Assembly (NCBI GenBank): GCA_020184695.1
Contig: JAANOX010000270.1
Location: forward strand, 1-64,000
Reading direction: 5' to 3'
DNA length: 64,000 nt
Origin: Histomonas meleagridis 2922-C6/04-290x
Taxonomy: Eukaryota > Protista > Parabasalia
Part shown: piece after piece, positions 1 to 10,887 of the stretch
How the letters are laid out: every line of letters begins with the position of its first letter
How positions within the stretch are numbered: position 1 is the first letter of the stretch
Translations under genes and position numbers: made by a program
Notes under the pieces: model-generated
The model's input: the letters and a program-made list of their open reading frames with translations, nothing else
Databases searched by the model: none
What the model was told of the DNA's origin: nothing

Positions 1-2077
1 AAATTTTGATAAACTCAAAACATTTCAAATATATTCGTGGCATATTCATGTATTTGTCGTATATAAGTTATTTCCGATATGTGAATGCACATTCAGCCAA
101 ATATTGGTACAAACGATACAAAACTTTCTAACGATAACTTTTTTAAATTGAATAACAGTTTTTTATTATTGAATTTTTTCAACGGCACTTTTTTCCCCTT
201 CTCATGATAATTTAAAATCATTTATAAAACTACAAGTCATCCTGCGTATTAATCTTTTCCCGATACTCATGTTATAAGACAAAATCCTCATTTATTGTCT
301 TTTTTCCTTTCAACTGATTGAATGATTTTTGTTCGTTCTTCTATTCAAATTTGACTATGAATAGATCGTTAACCGATAACGATGAAATTCATGAATAGTA
401 AATTTACTATGATTCTTTTTTGACCTAAAATTTGTTTTTCGCTGATAGCAAAAAAACCATAATTAAAATCTTATTTTATGCTATTCATTTCAAATTTTGT
501 AAAATTAATTTAATTCATGTATTTAATTCAGATTTCAAATATATTATATTCGGCAATTTTAATATGGCAACAGAAATTATTTGTAGTTCATATATTATGA
601 TCAATTTTACATATTCTCCTAGAATAAATCAATATCCCCTCATTGACGATTTCGTTATCGGAAACGATATAAGATAATTGTGTGATTTTTATTCGTCCTA
701 CTATTCAAATTTGACTATAACCCCCTTGGATCTTGAATAAGATATAGCTATATGAATTAATTGAAGATTAACTTTCTTTTTTTAACCTGGGATTTGATTT
801 TTGCCAAATGCAAAAATCAAATAGAAAATGAGATATATTATTAGCTTTGCTTATAATCATTTTTAATTAATTATTTATTCAATTATACCAAATTTTTTAT
901 AAATAGCTTTAATATATGTATTTTTTTATTATCTTTTTATTTCTCATTTAATTATTGAAAATAAATTCAAGTACTATAAATCAATAATGTTAATAAAATG
1001 TGATGATTTTCTAAAATTTTGATCAAAATTGTGAAATTATGAAAGTATAGGCGTCACTTTTTGTGTTTAAATGATCGTTTCAAGAATGAAGTTATGAATC
1101 TCAAATTTGAAATATTTACAATCATGCCATTTGTTTTTTATGCTTTTAAATGATGAAATAATAAGTCATTATAAGAAAAAAATGTCAACACACTTATTCA
1201 ACCGCTCATTTGCTGTCATAAAAATTTGAAAGAACTTTTCGAAAAGTTATCCTTCTGACAGAAACTGTTATGTTTAAAATTGAATAAATAACGCTATCTG
1301 TCAAAATTTCACAAGTAACCGCTATTATCAAACAAGAAAAAAAAACGTTACAATTCAAATTCTTCCCAGCGTTCATAAAAATCCTATTTCAAATTTCTAT
1401 GATTAGATTGTCCCTTCACGGTTATTTTTATGTGATGATTGGCCCTTCAAGATTGTATAAAATAAATACTCAAGCTTTGATTTAAACCTTCCACCACAAT
1501 GCTCTTAGAAAGCATCAATGTGTAGAATCATTTTAGTGACTATTTTATTGAAAATTTGAACTTAATTTTCAATCTGATGAATTTTTCCATTTATCATTAT
1601 TGTAAATTAATATGGAATAATATTTCATGTTGTTTTATGATAAAATATTATAAATTATATTGTATGAAAATAATGATGATAATGTTTATAAACTTATTAT
1701 TAAGTCAAAATAAATGAATTTATGGAAAGCCAGTGATATGTATTGTAATAAGGAAATGCTGTTTTGAGCTATTCTTAGTTTTATTTTGATAAAAAAAACT
1801 TTTCTTTAAATTAAAATGCCGTTGAAAAGTGTGTCAAAAAAATAATATAGAAATTTTCCAAAAAAACTATAATTTTAAACGCTGAAAATTATCATTTCAT
1901 CCTTAATACAAACAATTAAAAAAAATATATATTATCAAGTACATTCATCTATCGAATTATCAATAACATCCTTCTCTTTCTCTTGGCCAAGCAATGTAAA
2001 ATAACGGTTAAGTTATTGAAACTTCCCGAAATTATCAGAAAAAGTAAAAAGTTATACAAAAAAAAGTAAAGTTTATC

Positions 2078-5000
2078 ATGGCACCGGACCTTGCTAAGCA
2101 GTTAATCAAGAATTTATTACAAGAAATCGTAGAAGACCTTACGGCAACTGAAGGTACTAATGACGATTATTCAGGGTTTTCCGCAATCGCTTGGATCGAA
2201 TCTCCTTGTAGGAATTACGCCACTACACTTCAAGGTATTGTTAAGCTAAATCCAGAGTCGGTTCTTAGCGTACTTCTTTTTAGGTTAAGAGAACATTGTA
2301 AATTATTTCTCAACATAAATTCCGTCCCAAGTCCAATTAAGATCAAGAAACTTCTAGTTCTATGTGAACTCATATTGCATTCACCCGAAATTGTCCTTAA
2401 TGCCAAATCCAAAGAGTCATTGAACATCATTCTCAATATGCAACTTTATAACAAAGATATTGCCATGGCTAAGCAAATGATAGTTGAGTCCTTGTTTGAA
2501 GTTGCTCGATATTTAGTTCTTCATGGTGCCAATCCCGTTCCCACATCCTATCAAGTAAATTCATCCAATGATCTAGCAAATCTCTTTAAGATTTGTTCCA
2601 AACTTAACTATACCACAGCCACTTTTAAATCCATTCTTCGTTTATCGCAAACAGTTGTCCCAAGTCTTCCCATAGAATTACGACCAAAATTAGTCAACAA
2701 GCTATATCGTACCATAGTCAAATTTTACACATCCAACACCAAAGAGTACAGAGAACTTCTTTTAACCGGGGTTGATGAAGCCCAAAAATTAATGGATATC
2801 TTATTAAGTTGGAAGTCCAATGACATTGACAACATATCATTATATGGCGTATTGATGCCCTTATGTACACGTGATCTTAAATTACTTAATACCAAGAAAG
2901 GGCCGTTTGTTAGCATCATGAATACGTTAAGTAATTTCAAACAAACGAAAGAGAACCATCGCACACCAATCTCATTAGCCATATTAGAAATCACCAATTG
3001 TGTCTCGTTAGTTAGTGCGAATGAGAATTCATTATTCCATGCTTTTGATGAATTCTTATTCTCATATAAAGGTAAATTCGAAGCTTGGATCTTTAAAGAT
3101 CGTAAGAAACAATACTTTACTGGATCATTATTAGGTTATTTCTTACCACGATATGCAGCATTAGAATTTGAGAAACGACAAAAGACTGATGGCCCAGCAT
3201 GTAAGAAGATATTACAACTTGTCGAGAAAACACAAGGATATTCATGTTATGTTTTATTTTTACGTTATATTTATGATCATTATAAACAAAACAAAGCCGG
3301 ATTAAAAGAATGTGAATGGCAATTAATGACATTATTATCCAACAAATTCCAAAAAGCAATGTTACATTTACAAACACGTAAAACAGATCAAGAAGATTTC
3401 CAAAGACATTCTGACTTTGTTAGGACAGCAGTCCAATTCTTAGTTGGATATAATTATAAATTTTCACGGTATTGTATGTTATCATTATATGGAAATCCAG
3501 ATCCAAGTTTACGACATGCGAATAAACAAATGGATGCATTTATCCATTCGAATTGTGGCTTTGATCAAATAGGAGCAATATTAGCATCAGCATTACCAGT
3601 TTATATCCAACATTTCATATCAAATAGTGCATTTTTGGTTAAGATGTATCGAGCGTTTTTAACACTTACTGATAAATGGGTTAATCAATTAAAAGATTTA
3701 AGTGGTAAAGAAGCAATTAAATTATTAACTGATATATCAATTACTAGTAAAGCTATGACAGAGAAAGCAATTTCAATTAATTCACCTAATTTATCTTCTA
3801 CACCATTTTTATTTTATCGATTTTTAAAATGGGCATTTATGGTAATGGAATCAACTAATTCACAACAATATTTAACACCTAATCATGACTTTATTAAGTT
3901 AAATATGTCTGTAATCTTAATGTTATATTCATATTCAGTCGATCCAATTATTAATTCATTAAATGAATTAATGGGTGTTAAACTTAGATCTTATGGAATT
4001 AATTTCACATATGAATTCCCATTAAAAGATATTTCTCCAAATGATGACGTTATTATACCAGCAGTTAAATCAATCTTCTTACAATGGGTAAGTTCTACTA
4101 TTCGACAAATTCAAGCAGAAGAAATTGCTGCAAGTGATAATCCTTCACAAACATTATCTAATGGTGGACAATTTTCATTTGAACCATCACGAGAAAAGAT
4201 ATCATTAATGACAATATTTTTATGTCGTTATATTTATTTCTTAAGTACAGTTTCATTTTCATCTAATGAAAGTCAACCAGCAGAAGTCCGATTTATAGTA
4301 TCAGCATTAAAATATATTGATAAAACTAATAGTAAAGATATAGCATTTACTAAAGCATTTAGGAATACAAACAAAGAATCATTACCAAAAATTATATCAA
4401 ATTGTAAAGATTTAGTATTATTTAAATATCAAAACTTAGATTTTGATAATAAAATATTTTGGTGGAATATCATTGATTTAGTTACTTATACAATTGAATC
4501 AGGACAATTAGAAAATCAAGAAAATCAAGAAGCTGTAGTTAATGATATTGAAGAAATGATTAAAATATTTATATCAATGGTACAAATTAATGCATTTGGT
4601 GAAAGTATTAAATCAATTATATTCTCTATTGGTAGTTTACTTAAAGCATTTTATTTAACTAAAGTAAAGAAAAGTTTATTCTTACAAAGATCTGTAATTA
4701 CTACATTAATTGAAGTCTCAATTCAAAATAGACTTACTAAAGCTTCTTTAATTACTTATCCAATAGGTAAAATCTTAGAAATGTTATTTAATAATTTCCA
4801 TTTTGATTTAACTGATTTATTACCAAATGTTAATGAAATATCATCTAAAGAAGATACAGTACAATTCTTTTCATTTGTATTATGTTCATTTAATTTATTA
4901 ATACAAGATTTCCAAAAGTCTCAATATGTAATGTATATTCAAAAATGTATTTATTATATTTTAATTAATAATACTGATTATTGTTGGCAATTATATTTCG

Positions 5001-8000
5001 AATTTATTAAAGTAGCTAATCCTTTATTAAAGACTATAATGATGGAAGCTTTATGTACAATATATAAAACAGAAATACATTCAATTAAAGCAACTAAAAC
5101 TAAATATATTGAAAAGATATTAAAACCTTCAACTTTAGATGAAAGTAGTATTTCTGATTCTACTAATAATTCTTCAACTTCTAAATCAAAATCTTCACAT
5201 AAACCTAAATTCTTAAGATTAAGTATATTACATAAATCTAAAAACTTATCAAATATTCATAGTTCTAGTGAAAGTATTGGATCTACATCACAAACTTCAT
5301 TTCAACTTAGAACAGAACCTAAAGTAATGACAATAGCTAATGCTACACGTATCTATAAAGAAATTCATACACATGATAAAGATAAACATCAAGAAGCACA
5401 TTTCATAGGAAAAGAACATATTTATAACTTCTTAACACAAAATGATTTTGAAATCTTTCGAAAACCACCAATTAATAATGTTGGATTTATTCGAGCTATT
5501 ATTAGTTGTTGTATAGCATATCGAATTCATGATAAAGTATTTATAATGATGACAAATCATTATAAAAAAGATAAATCACCATTAAATAAGACAAATCATT
5601 ATTCATCATTTTATACTGCATGGTTTAAACAAATTATTGGAGATTGGCCTATAGAGAATTTCATAGTTATCGCAAAAGTCTCTAAAATTAAAGAATTTGT
5701 TAATGCTATTAATCCTAATTTAGCATTTGTATATTATTTACAATTATTTAATAGTATTATTAAAGATGATGAAATATTAACAACATTATTAATAGAATGT
5801 TTCTTTAGACCAATATTAAATGATCCTAAATCTTATAATAAACCATTTGATAGTAAGAAAATGGATTTCAATATTACGGAATTTATAGATTGTTTAAGAC
5901 AACATAAATCATTTATTGATTTAATTAAAAGTATTTTACAAGCAGAACCTTATTATCCAAATATTACTACAAGTACATTTCAAACAGATAAAGAAATTGT
6001 TTTAGGATTTATGTCTAAAAGACCACCAGTTATTGATCGAAGAGAATTCTTTAAACATTCAGTTACACATGAAATTAAGAAATTACCAGTTCCATCATTA
6101 GAAGATCAAATTAAATTACATAAATTTAATTGGGTTCGATATTTAGGTACAACAGAGAATGGTAGTCATGGATATTATTTATTCCCTAATCAAATTCCTA
6201 ATATTAGTAGTGAATTAAATTTATATTATTATTTCTTACATTTTAGTCATATGAAGAAACATTCATTTGAATTATTTATTAATGGAAGAGAATTAACTAC
6301 TAAAGGAAGTGAATTCTTTTCTAATTTCATGAAATATATGCCTGAAGAATTCATAAAGAAGTTAAATAAAATTACAGTATTAAATCCTTCACCTTTAGCT
6401 TTAATGGTATTAAGTCAAAACCCATTAAAAAGACCACAATTATTTAATATTACAAATAAATTTAAAGGTGAAAGTAAGTTTTATTTCCATGCTGAAGCTT
6501 TTGGTGATACATATAAATATCGAGGAAGTTTTAAAGTTAATATGTTTAACAAAGAATCAATGTTATATATAGGTGTAAATCAATTCTCTATCGAAATACC
6601 ATTTGAAATTTGTGGTCATACATGTTTTGCTACACAAATAATTGATATTAATTTAATACGTAATGTTACAGTTAATGGTAAACAATTAATATTTAATACT
6701 GATGGAGGGAAAACATTTGAAATTAATACTAATGCAGGTAATTATATTAAAGCAGCTTATGAATCAATGATATCAAGAAGAAGTTTAATACATGGAATTA
6801 GTTGTGTAGATTGTGAAGTTAATGTATCTAATAATCATCGAGCTGAAAGTATAGCATTATGTTTATATTTATTAACATCTGATGAATTATATCATAATAC
6901 AGCAATACAATTATTAGAATCAGCTATTAATGAACCAAAGAATTCATTAAATAATTGTGACGTATTTATTAAATTCATTAATTTTGGACAAGTCTTTAAA
7001 GATATAGAAAAATTAGGTTTAATAGATGAAGTTACATATATTATATCAAATTATTTAAATAATTTAATTACTTATGATACTCAATCAGGTGTAGTTTTAT
7101 CATCAGAAAATATTAAAACTTTAACAACTTTATTACCATTATTAGTTAAATTTATGAATACTTCAAATGATACATGTTTAATCACTATAATAGTTAATAT
7201 AATGTTAAAATTCATAATGAATAATGAAGCATTTAGTATATTATTAAAAATGTTTTGGAATCAAATTGAATCACGTACAGCTTTACAAACTATATTACCT
7301 ATAGCATTTACTACAACTACTTATCCTGTTAATTCATTACGTCGAATCTTTCAAGCATTAATGGAGAAATCTTCTAAGTTAATGGGAGAATTAATTATAT
7401 ATCATTATTTAGATGGTACTATCCGACGTAAATCATTTGGTAAATCAATGTCTACTGATAAAATCTTTGCATTAATTCCTTCATTACCATTATGTTCATT
7501 TGATTTTGCATTACCACATTTACCATATTTATTATTCTGTAGTGTTATTGCTGGAATTCAAGCACAAAAAGAATTAGCTGATAATGTAAAGAATTTCATT
7601 AATATTACATTAGAATCAATTTCATTAAATCAACCAGGACAAAACACACAAAAATTCCAAGATCAATTAGATATATTATTAAATAATAGTAATACATTAT
7701 CAGCATTAGATTTTATATCATTTGGTGAAAAAGTTGCTTCATCAATTAGTAAAGATACACATGATCAATATCAAAAATTAATGACTGAAGAACAAATAGG
7801 TGATAATCCTAATATATGGTATATTAAAGCAGCAGCAGCAGTACAACATGATATAATTAATTATAATACTACACAAAAATATATCGAATTATTACCTTCA
7901 TTATTATCAAGTAATTTTGGTACATTAAATTTAAGTTTAGCATTTTCAACTTTAACTAAATTAATTGATACATTTCCATTAGATTCAACTATACCAATTG

Positions 8001-8806
8001 GATTATTTTGGCCTACATTAATATCAACAGCATTTTCTTCATTAATATTACGGAAATCTGCATTAACATTATTGAAACATATTATTGAATATATTATTCC
8101 TAAATATGGTTATAAAAATGTTATTGAAGTTTCAACTACATTAGAAAAATCATCTTCAATTAAAGAAGGAATTAGAGCATTTGGTGATAACTTAGGAATT
8201 GATTTCATTAATAATTTCCCATTAGCATTTATTAAGACATTAAATAAAGCTTTAGAAGATATAGAAACAAGGAAATTAGCATTAAGTTGTATAGCTTCAT
8301 GTTTGAAACAATTAATTGATAATCCTTATAAAGCTTCTTATTTCGTATTACCATTTATTACTTATTCTAATGATGATTATAATTGGATATTACGATTAAA
8401 GTTTAAAGACTTTTTGCCAATTTCATTCCCACAAATTGTTTATTTGTCTTTCGATAATAGAAATATTAAAGAAATTACTGGAATTGCAACTTATTTAGCA
8501 AGTAAAATTAAAAATACATTTTGCTTAGAAGCTATTTCAGAATGTTTGATTTATGGAGTGAAAAAATATCCATTCGTGTTCGCTTCTGTAAGAGAATATA
8601 TTATTAATAAATGTTGGAAAATGATGGAAACTGAACAAAATACTCAAATTATAGACTTGTTGTCGTCAATCGTTGCAAACTTTATGGCAATTTCAAAAGA
8701 AGATGATAAATGCATATGCGACTTGGATGAGGTAATAGACGACGATATATTATTCACTGAAATAGTTGTTTGTGTAAATGGTTTGGGTGACCTGAAACTA
8801 AAATAA
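2078..8806 (+). CDS. Neurofibromin (NF1/Ira)-like protein: degenerate RasGAP, Sec14/CRAL-TRIO-like plus PH-like module, C-terminal HEAT region
   Basis: 2242-aa ORF. C-terminal blocks resemble NF1 as recalled: ALPHLPYLLF vs VAAHLPYLFH, GLFWPTLIS vs ALFWVAVAV, LGIDFINNFPLAF vs VGLNFNSNFNFAL. A Sec14-like segment (YLGTTENGSHGYYLF...KKLNKITVLNPS) follows a GAP-like segment. Confidence 0.7.
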   Translation: MAPDLAKQLIKNLLQEIVEDLTATEGTNDDYSGFSAIAWIESPCRNYATTLQGIVKLNPESVLSVLLFRLREHCKLFLNINSVPSPIKIKKLLVLCELILHSPEIVLNAKSKESLNIILNMQLYNKDIAMAKQMIVESLFEVARYLVLHGANPVPTSYQVNSSNDLANLFKICSKLNYTTATFKSILRLSQTVVPSLPIELRPKLVNKLYRTIVKFYTSNTKEYRELLLTGVDEAQKLMDILLSWKSNDIDNISLYGVLMPLCTRDLKLLNTKKGPFVSIMNTLSNFKQTKENHRTPISLAILEITNCVSLVSANENSLFHAFDEFLFSYKGKFEAWIFKDRKKQYFTGSLLGYFLPRYAALEFEKRQKTDGPACKKILQLVEKTQGYSCYVLFLRYIYDHYKQNKAGLKECEWQLMTLLSNKFQKAMLHLQTRKTDQEDFQRHSDFVRTAVQFLVGYNYKFSRYCMLSLYGNPDPSLRHANKQMDAFIHSNCGFDQIGAILASALPVYIQHFISNSAFLVKMYRAFLTLTDKWVNQLKDLSGKEAIKLLTDISITSKAMTEKAISINSPNLSSTPFLFYRFLKWAFMVMESTNSQQYLTPNHDFIKLNMSVILMLYSYSVDPIINSLNELMGVKLRSYGINFTYEFPLKDISPNDDVIIPAVKSIFLQWVSSTIRQIQAEEIAASDNPSQTLSNGGQFSFEPSREKISLMTIFLCRYIYFLSTVSFSSNESQPAEVRFIVSALKYIDKTNSKDIAFTKAFRNTNKESLPKIISNCKDLVLFKYQNLDFDNKIFWWNIIDLVTYTIESGQLENQENQEAVVNDIEEMIKIFISMVQINAFGESIKSIIFSIGSLLKAFYLTKVKKSLFLQRSVITTLIEVSIQNRLTKASLITYPIGKILEMLFNNFHFDLTDLLPNVNEISSKEDTVQFFSFVLCSFNLLIQDFQKSQYVMYIQKCIYYILINNTDYCWQLYFEFIKVANPLLKTIMMEALCTIYKTEIHSIKATKTKYIEKILKPSTLDESSISDSTNNSSTSKSKSSHKPKFLRLSILHKSKNLSNIHSSSESIGSTSQTSFQLRTEPKVMTIANATRIYKEIHTHDKDKHQEAHFIGKEHIYNFLTQNDFEIFRKPPINNVGFIRAIISCCIAYRIHDKVFIMMTNHYKKDKSPLNKTNHYSSFYTAWFKQIIGDWPIENFIVIAKVSKIKEFVNAINPNLAFVYYLQLFNSIIKDDEILTTLLIECFFRPILNDPKSYNKPFDSKKMDFNITEFIDCLRQHKSFIDLIKSILQAEPYYPNITTSTFQTDKEIVLGFMSKRPPVIDRREFFKHSVTHEIKKLPVPSLEDQIKLHKFNWVRYLGTTENGSHGYYLFPNQIPNISSELNLYYYFLHFSHMKKHSFELFINGRELTTKGSEFFSNFMKYMPEEFIKKLNKITVLNPSPLALMVLSQNPLKRPQLFNITNKFKGESKFYFHAEAFGDTYKYRGSFKVNMFNKESMLYIGVNQFSIEIPFEICGHTCFATQIIDINLIRNVTVNGKQLIFNTDGGKTFEINTNAGNYIKAAYESMISRRSLIHGISCVDCEVNVSNNHRAESIALCLYLLTSDELYHNTAIQLLESAINEPKNSLNNCDVFIKFINFGQVFKDIEKLGLIDEVTYIISNYLNNLITYDTQSGVVLSSENIKTLTTLLPLLVKFMNTSNDTCLITIIVNIMLKFIMNNEAFSILLKMFWNQIESRTALQTILPIAFTTTTYPVNSLRRIFQALMEKSSKLMGELIIYHYLDGTIRRKSFGKSMSTDKIFALIPSLPLCSFDFALPHLPYLLFCSVIAGIQAQKELADNVKNFINITLESISLNQPGQNTQKFQDQLDILLNNSNTLSALDFISFGEKVASSISKDTHDQYQKLMTEEQIGDNPNIWYIKAAAAVQHDIINYNTTQKYIELLPSLLSSNFGTLNLSLAFSTLTKLIDTFPLDSTIPIGLFWPTLISTAFSSLILRKSALTLLKHIIEYIIPKYGYKNVIEVSTTLEKSSSIKEGIRAFGDNLGIDFINNFPLAFIKTLNKALEDIETRKLALSCIASCLKQLIDNPYKASYFVLPFITYSNDDYNWILRLKFKDFLPISFPQIVYLSFDNRNIKEITGIATYLASKIKNTFCLEAISECLIYGVKKYPFVFASVREYIINKCWKMMETEQNTQIIDLLSSIVANFMAISKEDDKCICDLDEVIDDDILFTEIVVCVNGLGDLKLK

Positions 8807-8910
8807 AATAATAATTGAGTAAAAAGTGACTTTTTACTTTATGAAATAGGGTTTGTTTAAGTACATTTTTGTTTTGCCTAAATGAGTTTCAACTATGAGT
8901 TCGGAGATGA

Positions 8911-9364
8911 AATTTCATTCGTGTGTTCGTTTGTTTAAGTGCATTTTGATGATGTCCGTCATGAGAATAATTAATTTTAGAAACAATTTATGAATTTGAA
9001 TTTCATTTGTATGTTCGTTTGTTTAAGTGCATTTTGATGATGTCCGTCATGAGAATAATTAATTTTAGAAACAATTTATGAATTTGAATTTCATTTGTAT
9101 GTTCGTTTGTTTAAGTGCATTTTGATGATGTCCGTCATGAGAATAATTAATTTTAGAAACAATTTATGAATTTGAATTTCATTTGTGTGTTCGTTTGTTT
9201 AAGTGCATTTTGATGATGTCCGTCATGAGAATAATTAATTTTAGAAACAATTTATGAATTTGAATTTCATTTGTATGTTCGTTTGTTTAAGTGCACTTTG
9301 ATGATGTCCGTCATGAGAATAATTAATTTTAGAAACAATTTATTATTCTGCATTTCATTCGTGT
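8911..9364. repeat. 88-bp tandem repeat, 5 near-identical copies
   Basis: GTTCGTTTGTTTAAGTGCA recurs at 8925, 9013, 9101, 9189 and 9277 (period 88). Non-coding, between two convergent genes. Confidence 0.95.
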
Positions 9365-9369
9365 AGTGT

Positions 9370-9460
9370 GGGAAATCTTACGCTTCCAAAAACAGTCATA
9401 TTCAAATATTAGCATTTGCACAATGTCCAATTTTAATTATGATACATCTTGATGAGAATA
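9370..9460 (+). pseudogene. BspA-like (LRR_5) remnant
   Basis: Reads GNLTLPKTV, then after a frameshift IQILAFAQCPIL, a typical TpLRR unit. Confidence 0.45.
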
Positions 9461-9547
9461 ACATTTTTGAAAGTTGGACAACAAAACATTACGATATCAG
9501 GAACAGTTTCAATATGCCAAATATTATTCATTTTATGTATAGTTTAT

Positions 9548-10887
9548 TTACCAGAATGTGCATTTCGATTTTTTCATCTTAAATAAATATAATATTTCTC
9601 TGTAACCTTTTTCAGATGCATGCTTATATGCAGTATAAAATAATTTGAAGAATTTCCATATTTTATGATGAAATATTAAAAAATTATAATAAACTCTAAA
9701 TAAAAACAATAAATATCTTTTACATTAAGATCAATTCCTTCTTGCTCAAGTAGTAATTTTACTATTTCTGTATGCCCATTATCAGCAGCACTTATAAGTG
9801 CTGTATATAATAATTTGAATAAAACCCAAACATTATTTTCAAACATAAAATTTAAGGCTTAAATATAAAGTAAATTATACAACTTTTTTCTTTAGCATTA
9901 ATATCAATTTCTTTATGCTCAAGAAGTAATTTAACTATTTCTGTATAACCTTTTTCAGATGCTTTAATAAGTGCTGTATTAAATATTTTAAATAATTTCC
10001 AAATATTATTTTTGAGATATCAAATTATTAAAATAAATTTCAAATAAAAGAAATAAACTTTAGCATTAATATCAATTCCTTTATTTTCAAGAAGAAATTT
10101 AACGATTTCTGTATATCCTATTTCCAATGATATTATAAGTGCTGTATTAAATATTTAAAATAATTTCCAAATATTATTTTGAAATATAAAATTATTAAAA
10201 TAAATATTATCTTTAGCATTAATATCAATTCCTTCTTGTTCAAGAAGTAATTTAACTATTTCTGTATAACCTTTAGAAGAAGCTAATATAAGTGCTGTAT
10301 TAAATAATTTAAATAATTTCCAAATATTATTTTGAAATATAAAATTATTAAAATAAAGATCAAATAGAACAAAAATATATCTTTTGCATTAATATTAATT
10401 CCTTTTTGTTCAAGAAGTATTTTAAGGATTTCTAGGAAACCATTTTGCGCTGCAATTAAAATTGGTGGTTTAAATATTTTACGTAAATTTCATATAAAAC
10501 TTTGAAACCTGAAATCGTTATATTTAATCCATAATTATAAAAAAAAATAGTTTTAGAATTAAGATCAATTCCTTCATATTTAACAAGTAATTTAACAATT
10601 TCAACATTATTGTTTAGAGTAGCAATCAAAAGTGCTGATTTAAATTCTTTAAATAATTCTTAAATTTTATTTTGATATATCAAATTCTTAAAACAGATAT
10701 TAAACAAAACTAAAAAAATTTTTTACATTAATATTAATTCCTTTTTGTTTAAGAAGTAATTTAACTATTTCTATTGAACCAATTTCACATGCTATAATAA
10801 TTGGTGTATTAAATACTTTAGTTAAATTCCAAATATTATTTATAAAAACAAAACAAAGAAAACAAATATTAAAATATGTATTTAAAT
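9548..10887 (-). repeat. Spacer-interrupted ankyrin array, locus A (8 modules, 8 spacers), continuing the 10882-12075 ORF
   Basis: Stop-free modules at 10807-10718, 10638-10549, 10468-10379, 10298-10209, 10145-10056, 9977-9888, 9804-9715, and a terminal module 9634-9548 ending in TAA. Spacers are 80, 79, 80, 80, 63, 78, 83 and 80 nt. Confidence 0.9.

Noticed and set aside
327-800. Degenerate ~360-bp-period duplication and the 432-677 ORF
   Set aside because: Only about 30 bp match well, and the ORF starts at TTG with no coding signature.
2230-3377. Antisense ORFs overlapping large genes (2230, 2725, 3117; also 12830, 13271, 31031, 55311, 61700 and similar)
   Set aside because: Shadow ORFs in alternative frames or strands of well-supported CDSs.
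8911-9364. CRISPR array or C/D snoRNA cluster
   Set aside because: Units are invariant with no unique spacers. TGATGA is present but there is no CTGA D box in the unit.
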